Part shown: positions 1 through 7,678 of the stretch, in pieces | Layout of the letters: every line of letters starts with the position of its first letter | Position numbering within the stretch: the first letter of the stretch is position 1 | From: a virus | Lineage: Duplodnaviria > Caudoviricetes | Length of the DNA: 53,650 bases | Reading direction: 5' to 3' (one strand) | IMG/VR virus record: IMGVR_UViG_3300005764_000002 | Span: 1 to 53,650 of that record | Translations under genes and position numbers: made by a program | Notes under the pieces: generated by a model | Told to the model about the DNA's origin: nothing | The model's input: the letters and a program-made list of their open reading frames with translations, nothing else | Database searches by the model: none

Positions 1-50
1 GACGTCCGGTCAAGCTGCGGCACCTGTGCCCATGTCCGGCCATCGAGAAC
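1..50. repeat. 50-bp exact terminal overlap (1-50 = 53601-53650); circular assembly junction
   Basis: Identical GACGTCCGGT...CATCGAGAAC at both ends; the DUF5131 ORF reads through the join to a TAG at 53599-53597. Confidence 0.95.
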
Positions 51-917
51 TGGCAGATGCACCTTGCTCTTGGGTGACTTGCGGAGTCCGGTGATGCCCA
101 CGGTGCCGCCCGTCGGCCCGTTCCACTGCTTGAAGTGGAACGCCACCCCGTGGCGCAGCGCAGCCTCGCGCGCTGTGCGGATCCAGTCCGGCTGTGCCGG
201 GCGCGCACCGCTGCCAGATTCGTCACCGACGATCAGCCAGTCGATCCGCGGGAAATCTGGGGTTGGCCCGGTGCCATCACCGGATCGGCGGTAATCGACT
301 CGGCGACCGAGCGCCTGGTCCCAGGTCTTGGCCGAGATATGCTCCAGCAGTGGTTCGGCCGAGATGCCGCGCACCGCTGCTGGCGTTCTGCGTAGGATCT
401 CGGTCCGGCGGATGAGCTGCTCACTGTTCTCGCCGGTCACCATCAGCCAGACGTTCAGCCATGGTTCGGCGTAGGTGCTCACTCGATCGGATCGCATATA
501 GTTCCCCCCACCAGGCTGCGCCCACGGCAGGAGCATCGCCCAGTTCTCGGGCCGCTTCGAGAGCAACAGCCAGTCCAGCATCGGCGTAGCGTTGATCTGC
601 TGCCACAGGCGCATCCTGGTCACCGCCTGGATCGCCCCAACTTCATCGGGTCGCATCTCCGCCCAGTCGCACAGCGAGCCGCAGAACACGCGCTCACGCA
701 CGCCGGTGCGCACCGCCCGTGCGTTCCAGTTGATCGGCTTGCGCCAGTAGGCATCATTCATGAACCGCCGCGGCGCGGCGGGTCCCCAGTGCCCGCCACC
801 GAAGCGTCCGTCGATCGCCTCGGCATAGCAGTGATCGCACCCCGGGCTCACGCGGTCGCAGCCGATCCACGGGTTGAAGGTATGGTTCGTCCAGCTTATT
901 TCAGAATTCTCACCCAT
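1..917 (-). CDS. DUF5131 / phage Gp37-Gp68 family protein (306 aa; wraps origin, stop at 53597-53599; absent from ORF track)
   Basis: Manual translation from ATG 917: MGENSEISWTNHTFNPWIGCDRVSPGCDHCYAE...RVFCGSLCDW...LLSKRPEN...ISAEPLL...DWLIVGDESG...FHFKQWNG, the typical family motifs. Confidence 0.9.
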   Translation of the reverse strand, partial: MGENSEISWTNHTFNPWIGCDRVSPGCDHCYAEAIDGRFGGGHWGPAAPRRFMNDAYWRKPINWNARAVRTGVRERVFCGSLCDWAEMRPDEVGAIQAVTRMRLWQQINATPMLDWLLLSKRPENWAMLLPWAQPGGGNYMRSDRVSTYAEPWLNVWLMVTGENSEQLIRRTEILRRTPAAVRGISAEPLLEHISAKTWDQALGRRVDYRRSGDGTGPTPDFPRIDWLIVGDESGSGARPAQPDWIRTAREAALRHGVAFHFKQWNGPTGGTVGITGLRKSPKSKVHLPVLDGRTWAQVPQLDRT

Positions 918-923
918 GTTGCA

Positions 924-946
924 AGTTTACAGCACTGCTACAGAAC
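924..946 (-). promoter_or_regulatory. operator copy in promoter of DUF5131 gene
   Basis: AGTTTACAGCACTGCTACAGAAC; TGGACA-N17-TAAACT-N6-ATG. Confidence 0.75.
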
Positions 947-1369
947 TGTCCAGTACCGCGTCCCATCATGCACCTCGATCTCGACATCCACTCCAGGCTG
1001 CGTGCGCCCGCGCTCGAACGCGATTCCCTTGTCGAGCATGATGCGGTCGACCTGTTCGTCGTCCACCCACACGATGCCGGTGAGCGCATCGAGCACCGAT
1101 CGGCATAACTTGTCCAGGTCACGGCGGTTCGTGCGCCGGCCGCTCGGCGGTGGCAGGAGTGTGAAATCGAGCGTCACCTGGTAGCGCTGGCGGTCCGGTG
1201 TCGGCGGGCGCCGTAGCGCCTGGCGAGCAGCCCAGGCTACCTGCTCTGCCCAGGCGGTCTCAGCTTCGTTGTCCGGTACCAGCCGGATCCCGCCGGATCG
1301 ACGCCGACCAGCCGGGCGCCACGAGCCCTTGCTCTGCGGGATCCCGTCGACGCGGAAGTACAACATCAC
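938..1369 (-). CDS. rusA: RusA-like Holliday junction resolvase
   Basis: FRVDGIPQSKGS N-terminus; RDLDKLCRSVLDALTGIVWVDDEQV catalytic motif. Confidence 0.85.
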   Translation of the reverse strand: MMLYFRVDGIPQSKGSWRPAGRRRSGGIRLVPDNEAETAWAEQVAWAARQALRRPPTPDRQRYQVTLDFTLLPPPSGRRTNRRDLDKLCRSVLDALTGIVWVDDEQVDRIMLDKGIAFERGRTQPGVDVEIEVHDGTRYWTVL

Positions 1370-2049
1370 GGCGGCCCGATCATCGTCAGCCGCTCAGTGG
1401 CCAGCGCGCACGCCTTGCCAGACAGATCGCAGCCAGCGAAGCGTCGATCGTTCATCAGCGCTGCGGCACCTACTGAGCCACTGCCGGTGAACATGTCGAT
1501 CACCAGGTCACCGGGATCGGTGCTCTGGCAGATCAACAGCTCGGACACCGCCGTCGGTTTCTCGGTCGGGTAGCGGCCAACCACACGGCAGCATGGGATC
1601 ACGTCGGCGATCGCCAGGCTGTTCAGCCGGCGATGTCCCTTCTCGAAAAACAGGATCACCTCGTACCGCGCGCGGTAGTGGTACCCCATGCCGATCTGGA
1701 TCTTGTCCCAGATGATCGGCTTCCAGAACTTGAAGCCGGCAGCCTCGGCGATCGGTTTGGCAACGAACATCGTTTCCTGATCGCAGTACATGTACATATG
1801 GGTGTCCGGCTTGAGCACACGGTAGCACTCGCGGAACAGCGCATCGAACCGCGCATTGGGGAAGATCTCGAACCAGTCGTTGCTCGATGCCGCGCTGTGC
1901 TTGAGCCGGGTGGTCGTGCCGGTGGCGCGATGCTTCTCGAGCGACTCGTACGCGGGATCCGTCACCACCAGGTCGACCGATTCGGCGGGCGTGCGCATCA
2001 GCCACTCCACCGCGTCAGCGTTCGCGATGCTCCATCTTGCCATGCCCAT
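1366..2049 (-). CDS. N4/N6 DNA methyltransferase (beta class); probable start at ATG 2043
   Basis: DLVVTDPAY catalytic motif (DPPY variant), YPTEKP, DMFTGSGS SAM-binding motif. Confidence 0.9.
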   Translation of the reverse strand: MGMARWSIANADAVEWLMRTPAESVDLVVTDPAYESLEKHRATGTTTRLKHSAASSNDWFEIFPNARFDALFRECYRVLKPDTHMYMYCDQETMFVAKPIAEAAGFKFWKPIIWDKIQIGMGYHYRARYEVILFFEKGHRRLNSLAIADVIPCCRVVGRYPTEKPTAVSELLICQSTDPGDLVIDMFTGSGSVGAAALMNDRRFAGCDLSGKACALATERLTMIGPP

Positions 2050-2050
2050 G

Positions 2051-2073
2051 AGTTTACTCCACCGCTACGATCT
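2051..2073 (-). promoter_or_regulatory. degenerate operator copy before methyltransferase
   Basis: AGTTTACTCCACCGCTACGATCT; TAAACT-N7-ATG 2043. Confidence 0.55.
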
Positions 2074-2911
2074 GCGCCATGCGCTGCCGCTGCGGGGTCC
2101 GCGGCACGAAGCACTTGCGGCACTTCGAGCACGCCGTACCGCCCACGCCGCGGACGTTGCCAAGCTCCAGGCGACCCGCGTCCACCGGGCACGCCGCAAT
2201 GCTGTCATAGGGCAGATCCGGCGTGCCCTTCTCGTTGAACACGATCGCCGCTCCCTTCGCGTCGTCATCCGGCTTGACCCGCAAGAACGACAGGTAGGCT
2301 TGCGGATTCTCGTTGAGCACCACCTGCATCAGGGCACGCGATCCTGCGCTCGTCGTGCTGTCAGTGCTGAGCTGCAGGTACAGGTTCCGCCGCGGCGTGA
2401 GCATGCCGGCTTCAAGCGGCTTCCTGGTGACCACCCACACCGTGATCTCCGGGTGCGCGTCGATGAAGATGTTCAACGCATGCACCACCGCCGGCACTAG
2501 GTCACCCGTGCCGTTCACGCGAAGGAAGTCCAGGTCAACCCGGTCGATCCACCGCCGCCGCAACTTGCTGAACTCACGCCACAGCCGGTCTGCGGCCAGC
2601 CGCGGGGTCTCCAGCTCGAAGTAGCGGAGCGTGCGCAGTCGCATCTTGAGGCTCTTGTCCCACCGCGCCGGGGTTCCCGGCCTGCTCGCGTAGCACACGC
2701 TCGCGCATTGCGACGTCGGGGTGCAGGTGTGGCCAATCGGGAAGTCCAACGAGACGCTCGTCTTGCTGTTCGCCGACAGGAGTGGGTACTTCATCAGGTC
2801 AGCAATCGACATGCGACCAACCTCGCGCTGCAACTCATGCTCACGCTCGCGTAGTGAGGCGAAGCGCGGTTCTTCGGTCGGGTCGATGATGACCGGCAGG
2901 TGTCTGGGCAT
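2054..2911 (-). CDS. GP88-like (radical-SAM-related) phage protein
   Basis: ANSKT...TCTPTSQCASVCYA Cys motif, FLRVNGTGD, WVVTRK, NLYLQLSTD, C-terminal CP...CSKCRKCF. Confidence 0.7.
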   Translation of the reverse strand: MPRHLPVIIDPTEEPRFASLREREHELQREVGRMSIADLMKYPLLSANSKTSVSLDFPIGHTCTPTSQCASVCYASRPGTPARWDKSLKMRLRTLRYFELETPRLAADRLWREFSKLRRRWIDRVDLDFLRVNGTGDLVPAVVHALNIFIDAHPEITVWVVTRKPLEAGMLTPRRNLYLQLSTDSTTSAGSRALMQVVLNENPQAYLSFLRVKPDDDAKGAAIVFNEKGTPDLPYDSIAACPVDAGRLELGNVRGVGGTACSKCRKCFVPRTPQRQRMAQIVAVE

Positions 2912-2934
2912 GGTTTGTAGTTGTACTACAAACC
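2912..2934 (-). promoter_or_regulatory. operator copy before GP88-like gene
   Basis: GGTTTGTAG-TTGTA-CTACAAACC perfect 9-5-9; TTGACG upstream. Confidence 0.8.
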
Positions 2935-3167
2935 GGACCCCGCGTCAACCGAGTCCGGCCATTCGCACATAGCCCGACGCTGGCAGTCTGGGATCAGGTT
3001 GCGCGGCTTGAAGGTCCTGTGCGCCGGCGAGCGCAGCAACATCACGACCGCGGATACCACCAGCAGCATGATGCCGAGGAGCAAGAGCACAGCCACGCGG
3101 TCATGAATCCGGTATCGCGACATGTCAAACCCTCCACGCCACATAGGCGAAGCTTGCGGACGGTACA

Positions 3168-3491
3168 CTACTCGCGGTCAATCCAGGTGGGGCGATCTTC
3201 GAGGACACGCCGGCCACGCTCCACCAGGAACGCTCGCGCCTCGCGCAAGGTTTGCTGATCCTCGTCGCGCATGAACCCACCTACCTTAGTCACCAGGCGC
3301 TCCAGGCCTTCGAGGAGTACCAGAGCGCGGTCTAGCGCCGCATCGCTAGTTTCGAGATCCTGCTTGAGCTGTCCGGTCTCGGGCTGACGCATTGCCACCG
3401 CTACCCCGTTGGTCATCGTGCCCGGCTGTGTTCCGTTTGCGAGCTGGCGTGCAGCAAGCGCCTCCGGCTTTGCACGTAGTCGGCGAGTCAT
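3168..3491 (-). CDS. hypothetical protein
   Basis: Coupled to neighbours in a minus-strand operon. Confidence 0.5.
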   Translation of the reverse strand: MTRRLRAKPEALAARQLANGTQPGTMTNGVAVAMRQPETGQLKQDLETSDAALDRALVLLEGLERLVTKVGGFMRDEDQQTLREARAFLVERGRRVLEDRPTWIDRE

Positions 3492-3769
3492 GGCGCGACC
3501 TTGAACACACCAGATTCTCGGATGCGTCGGACCGCAGCCACCAAAGCGGTGCGGTCAACCTGGATCGCGCCGGCTGTCACCGCCAACGCCCGCTTGCTCT
3601 TGCAGATGTCGTAGTGCCAGAACGATGCCTTGGGCGGAGCCTGGAACCATCGCCGTGAGACGCCGATCTTGTCGGCCATCGCATGCAGCTCGCCCGGCGT
3701 GTCGGCTATCATGTGGCACATCACCATCCGGCCGTAGCCGCATTCCGCGCGATCGACGTACACGCTCAT
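3488..3769 (-). CDS. DUF4031 family protein
   Basis: MSVYVD...MCHMIADTPGELHAMADKIGVSRRWFQ...HYDICKSKRALAV. Confidence 0.85.
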   Translation of the reverse strand: MSVYVDRAECGYGRMVMCHMIADTPGELHAMADKIGVSRRWFQAPPKASFWHYDICKSKRALAVTAGAIQVDRTALVAAVRRIRESGVFKVAP

Positions 3770-3842
3770 TCTGGTAGCTCCGATCGGCAGCAGGCGGGAC
3801 ATCCGCATCGTTCGTGCTGGCGTGCCGGAACCTCGGAGGCCT

Positions 3843-4043
3843 TCATTCTTCACTATCCTGTACATCGAGCATCGCGCGTCGCTGGCCTTCATCCCAGGCG
3901 ACAGCATCATCCGACCCGACCGGGTAGGGGTTCCGCTCGTTGGGAACATGTGGTTGATCGCTGCGCTCGCCGGCCATGTAGACGATGTAACCGCGAGCAA
4001 GCGGCGACAGGGATGCGAACTTCTCGGCGGTGATCAGCTTCAT
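3843..4043 (-). CDS. small hypothetical protein (NPYP...AW.EG motif)
   Basis: ATGA coupling with the upstream gene; phage-type NPY motif. Confidence 0.55.
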   Translation of the reverse strand: MKLITAEKFASLSPLARGYIVYMAGERSDQPHVPNERNPYPVGSDDAVAWDEGQRRAMLDVQDSEE

Positions 4044-4209
4044 TGTCCGTCGTCCTCATCTCCGGGATCGCCGCCATCGACACGCGCGACCAGCGGCTCA
4101 GGGAATTCTTGATCGCACACCACCATCAGCAGATCGTTGCCACGCCAGCGATGGTAGGTCATCGAGCGCGGGTAGCACCGGACCGAGAACCTATATATGT
4201 CGTCCTCGC

Positions 4210-4479
4210 TCATCGCTGACACCAGATCTTGAGCCCGTCCTGCCGCGGCGAGCTGCCACCCGTGCAGTGCACGAACCCGCGGACCCGGCGCGGGTCATGG
4301 ATCGGCTTCGGGTGCAGCTCGTTCGGGTTGCCGACCACTGGCCGCAACTCGAACCAGCCATCCGGATGCACGCCGTTGACGTACCATCCGGGCGGCGCCT
4401 CGACCCGCGTGGGCCACATCAGGCAGCACCAGGCGATCAGCAGGATGCTTGCGATCGCGCAGAGCATCTCACCGATCAT
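4210..4479 (-). CDS. small membrane-anchored/exported protein
   Basis: Hydrophobic N-terminus MIGEMLCAIASILLIAWCCLMW; GGAGAGG RBS. Confidence 0.5.
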   Translation of the reverse strand: MIGEMLCAIASILLIAWCCLMWPTRVEAPPGWYVNGVHPDGWFELRPVVGNPNELHPKPIHDPRRVRGFVHCTGGSSPRQDGLKIWCQR

Positions 4480-4636
4480 CGGGTCACCTCTCCGATCAGG
4501 CGCGCCATGCGCGCCGCGCTTTCGTCCACCCGTCGGCCGAGCGCATCCAGCCGCCGTGTCACGTAGATCGCCATCGCGATGAAACAGCACGTGCAGCCGG
4601 CCACGAAACAGCACACGGCAGTGGTCAGGGTAGCGC

Positions 4637-5224
4637 TCATGGGTCCTCGGGTTTGGGCAAGATCTTCTGAACGATATCAGCCAAGATCGCGCCACCAGGC
4701 GCCGCAAGACGCCGCACCGGAATCGGAGGCGCCAGCTGGCCTACAGCGCGGTCTGCTACCTCGCGCGCCGAGAGCTGCTCGCACAGCTCGATCACCCGAG
4801 CACGGTCAGCTGTCGGGTTCTCGGATAGACACAGCTCACGCCAGCCCATGATCTCGACGATGCCGTTGACCACCGGATCGCTGATTCCGAAGTCCACGCC
4901 GGGCACACGGTGAGCGCCGAACTTCTTGATCAACCGCTGGATCTCGCCCCATGCCTCTGCACCGACCAGCGGCCGGCCGAACTGCTGGGCTCGGATGGTA
5001 GCGCGCAGCTCGGCGATCGTCGGCCACCCGCGAGCACTCGACGGTTTCCAGATCGCGATCAGTCGCCGCACTGCAGCATCGCCGGCATCGTACGGCAGGT
5101 CACGCAAGAACTCGCGGTAGAGCCGACGAGTGTTAGCCTGCTGCTCGTCCGAGAGCCAGCGCATGCCGTCCGGCCATGCCGTTATCAGCATCGCGATCAG
5201 CTTGGCTGCCTGGGATTCGGTCAT
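4637..5224 (-). CDS. replicative helicase loader/inhibitor (G39P-like)
   Basis: MTESQAAKLIAMLITAWP...L.DLPYD...PTIAELR...EAWGE...GWRELC.SEN...DRAR pattern. Confidence 0.75.
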   Translation of the reverse strand: MTESQAAKLIAMLITAWPDGMRWLSDEQQANTRRLYREFLRDLPYDAGDAAVRRLIAIWKPSSARGWPTIAELRATIRAQQFGRPLVGAEAWGEIQRLIKKFGAHRVPGVDFGISDPVVNGIVEIMGWRELCLSENPTADRARVIELCEQLSAREVADRAVGQLAPPIPVRRLAAPGGAILADIVQKILPKPEDP

Positions 5225-5227
5225 AGC

Positions 5228-5250
5228 AGTTTATAGTACCACTACGGCGC
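5228..5250 (-). promoter_or_regulatory. degenerate operator copy before G39P-like gene
   Basis: AGTTTATAGTACCACTACGGCGC; TATAAA-N5-ATG. Confidence 0.6.
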
Positions 5251-5898
5251 GCACTCGAGGAGCAAGATTAGTTTGTCGCAAGCCGCCATAACCCAGGCGG
5301 CACTGGCGGCGGCCCAGGCGGCCCTGGCGGCGGCCTCGGCGGCCCTGGCGGCCCTGGCGGCCTCGGCGGCGGCCTCGGCGGCCCTGGCGGCCCTGGCGGC
5401 CCTGGCGGCCCTGGCGGCCTGGGCGGCCCAGGCGGCACTGGCGGCGGCCTCGGCGGCCCTGGCGAACTGCTGTGGCGTCCCTCCGGTCCGCCACAGCATG
5501 CCCACATTCCGACAGGCGGCCTCGACATCAAGGAATCCTGCCGCGACATTCAACATCCCGTGTTGCGGGTCAAGCAGCATCCAGTGAGCCCACTCGCCGA
5601 AGACACCGGATAGATCGGACCCCGGTCGGATGGCCGTGAGAAAGCGCTCCGGCCAGAGCTGTGCCACCGCGCTCGGCAGCAGCTCGAACAGAGCATCCTC
5701 TAAGTGGGCGAGCTGCAGTGGGATGCCCAGCTCGATTGGATACCGACTATGGTCGTAGCCCTCGAGGGTACATCCGACGGCGCAACCCTTCCCATGTTCC
5801 CATCCGGTACCCTGGATCAGGTGGTCCGCGGCTCGATGTGCATGGACGCGAGCTAGGTACTTCGTCTTGATGCTGGGATCGGCATGGTATGCGAGCAT
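5242..5898 (-). CDS. phage protein with Ala-rich (AAR/AAE/AAW) repeat tail
   Basis: KGCAVGC/GIP N-domain followed by tripeptide repeats; own promoter. Confidence 0.75.
   Translation of the reverse strand: MLAYHADPSIKTKYLARVHAHRAADHLIQGTGWEHGKGCAVGCTLEGYDHSRYPIELGIPLQLAHLEDALFELLPSAVAQLWPERFLTAIRPGSDLSGVFGEWAHWMLLDPQHGMLNVAAGFLDVEAACRNVGMLWRTGGTPQQFARAAEAAASAAWAAQAARAARAARAARAAEAAAEAARAARAAEAAARAAWAAASAAWVMAACDKLILLLECAP
5295..5465. repeat. imperfect 9/12-bp tandem repeat (GCGGCCCTG-like) within CDS
   Basis: Visible tandem ggcggccct/ggcggcctc units. Confidence 0.85.
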
Positions 5899-5902
5899 GC
5901 CA

Positions 5903-5925
5903 GGTTTGTAGCACAGCTACGATTG
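5903..5925 (-). promoter_or_regulatory. operator copy before Ala-rich gene
   Basis: GGTTTGTAGCACAGCTACGATTG; TTGCGC-N18-TACAAA-N6-ATG. Confidence 0.7.
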
Positions 5926-5973
5926 CCAGCGCAAGCCGTTGACCTCGATGGGCGGTTCGTGCGAGGTAGGCGG

Positions 5974-6447
5974 ATGGCTACCTCGCCAACCCAGCTCGAT
6001 CGCATCGAGACCGCGATCGCAGCGCTGCGCATCCTGATCCTCGGTCTCATCGAAGGACAAGCCCAGATGACAACTTCCGTCGCGGACCTCGTCACCCAGC
6101 TCGATTCTGCAACCACGCTTCTCGCCGGCAAGATCGACGCCGCGAACACCGCCATCGCCGGCGGGGTGACGCTGCTGACCACCGAGCAACAGGCACTCAC
6201 CGACATGGAGGATCGCCTCCGGCAGATCATCACGACGCTGCAGCAGCAGGGTGTACCGCAGCCCACCATCGATCTCCTGACGTCGGTCGTTGGCCGGCTC
6301 GGCACTGCCGCCGGCAACGTCGACAGCGTGAACACGCAGCTCATCAGCGCGTCGGCCACGATCACCGCGCACACCGCGACACTGGCCAGCATCGGAACCG
6401 ACCCGAACAACCCGATCCCGCTCGCGCTCAAGCCTGCCGGCGCCTGA
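5974..6447 (+). CDS. helical/coiled-coil hypothetical protein (C-terminal DPNNPIP)
   Basis: GAGGTAGG RBS before ATG 5974; high-GC codon bias. Confidence 0.7.
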   Translation: MATSPTQLDRIETAIAALRILILGLIEGQAQMTTSVADLVTQLDSATTLLAGKIDAANTAIAGGVTLLTTEQQALTDMEDRLRQIITTLQQQGVPQPTIDLLTSVVGRLGTAAGNVDSVNTQLISASATITAHTATLASIGTDPNNPIPLALKPAGA

Positions 6448-6450
6448 CCC

Positions 6451-6660
6451 ATGAATCACGTGATCCGCAATGATCCAGAACCCGAGCTGGCGACGATCCA
6501 CCTCGGCGATGAAACCTGGCACAGCGGGCCTGGCTGGTACTACGTGCTCGACGATTACCCCGATGAAGGGTCGTGCGGAGCGTTCGAGACCGCAGCTGCA
6601 GCAACCGCGCATGCTGCAGCTGCCGGAATACAGGCTACGCTAAGCCGCACCGGCCAGTAG
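6451..6660 (+). CDS. small hypothetical protein (GWYY...GAFET motif)
   Basis: Directly follows 5974-6447. Confidence 0.6.
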   Translation: MNHVIRNDPEPELATIHLGDETWHSGPGWYYVLDDYPDEGSCGAFETAAAATAHAAAAGIQATLSRTGQ

Positions 6661-6831
6661 ATCCTCGATCGCATCGGCCAGCGGGTTCGCGGCGTTGCCC
6701 GCGACCTGTTCGATCAGCGAACGGAGCTGGCGCTCGAACCCGGCCGCCATCAGCTCCCTCGCCTCGCTGGTCGTTGCGAGCTGGCGCTCGGCCGCTCGCA
6801 TGATCGCCGCATACACCTGCTGAGCGTTCAC
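6640..6831 (-). CDS. small hypothetical protein
   Basis: Helical 63-aa ORF; TTGGCC-N16-TATAAT promoter upstream near 7030-7057. Confidence 0.5.
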   Translation of the reverse strand: MNAQQVYAAIMRAAERQLATTSEARELMAAGFERQLRSLIEQVAGNAANPLADAIEDLLAGAA

Positions 6832-7131
6832 GGCAACACCGGCAGCTTGCGGGTGACAGCGGTGCTCGAGTCGGTGTCCCTGCCATGTGGCTGCGGTAGC
6901 TCGGCCGGCAGGGGCTTATCCTCTGGCTTCCATGGCTGGAGCGGCTTGGTCTCATCGGTTGGTCTGCGGCGGCGCATGACCATTGGACCGACCGAACCAG
7001 CAAGATGTTCGGCTGCCTATCGGGTAGCGATTATAGCGGACGCCCCGGCCCGGCCAAGTGCGCACCCTCATCGTATGACAACTGCGGAGGGCACTGCATG
7101 GCATTGACCGCGCCGCCGTAGCGTCAACCGA

Positions 7132-7320
7132 TCAGCAGCTTCCCCGATTGCAGGTCGGGATATCGCTGCAGATACAGTAGGTCTGCTCGTCGGTCGCGCA
7201 CGGCGAGCAGATAGCACCCGTGAGCGACTTGGGGGCGGCCCCGCCGACAGGCGCGCGGAGTTCGTTCGCCGACAGGATACGGAGGGTCTCGCGTGAGACC
7301 TTGAGCTTGATGCGCTTCAT
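7132..7320 (-). CDS. RiPP precursor peptide 2 (class I lanthipeptide-like leader, GG site)
   Basis: MKRIKLKVSRETLRILSANELRAPVGG|AAPKSLTGAICSPCATDEQTYCICSDIPTCNRGSC; ATG overlaps upstream TGA (ATGA). Confidence 0.8.
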   Translation of the reverse strand: MKRIKLKVSRETLRILSANELRAPVGGAAPKSLTGAICSPCATDEQTYCICSDIPTCNRGSC

Positions 7321-7499
7321 GGCGGACACCCTTGCAGACAGCTGGTACAGCTCGGCAGGCAGCTATAACAGCATGACTTGAGAAGCTCATCGGTCGCCGA
7401 GGTTACCGGCATGCCGCCGGCCGCGCGGCCGAGTTGCTGCTCGGTCAGCGATCGAATGATTTCTCGTTGCAGGACAATCCTCTTGTGTTGTCGTTTCAT
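7317..7499 (-). CDS. RiPP precursor peptide 1 (class I lanthipeptide-like leader, GG site)
   Basis: MKRQHKRIVLQREIIRSLTEQQLGRAAGG|MPVTSATDELLKSCCYSCLPSCTSCLQGCPP; AAGGAG RBS. Confidence 0.8.
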   Translation of the reverse strand: MKRQHKRIVLQREIIRSLTEQQLGRAAGGMPVTSATDELLKSCCYSCLPSCTSCLQGCPP

Positions 7500-7578
7500 C
7501 TCTCACACTCCTTGGGCTCGTCGTGCCCCGGCGGATCGCGTCCATGACGCGCGCCGCGAAGGCCGGCCAGCGCCGCAA

Positions 7579-7609
7579 AGTTTGTAGCATGACTACAAAC
7601 TCATGTCAA
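7579..7609 (-). promoter_or_regulatory. sigma70 promoter TTGACA-N17-TACAAA with palindromic operator 7579-7601, driving the precursor operon
   Basis: AGTTTGTAG-CATGA-CTACAAACT; second TTGACA-N18-TAGATA at 7659-7630. Confidence 0.8.
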
Positions 7610-7678
7610 TAATTCCTGGCGCACAACCGTATCTAGGCTCACCGGCATCGGTCTGTCAACGCTGCGCTGGTGCTGGTG

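Noticed and set aside
2054-2911. GP88-like protein as the maturase (sactipeptide/ranthipeptide) for the Cys-rich precursors
   Set aside because: No RRE or SPASM domain evident, 4 kb away, and the family is common in phages without peptides; not fully excluded
5268-5549. Collagen-like GPP ORF (and plus-strand Ala ORF 5273-5587)
   Set aside because: Alternative frames of the Ala-repeat gene 5242-5898, which has the promoter and a non-repetitive N-domain
7387-7590. 67-aa ORF overlapping precursor 1
   Set aside because: Its ATG lies inside the operator/promoter, upstream of the proximal -10, with no RBS; precursor frame has RBS and family motif
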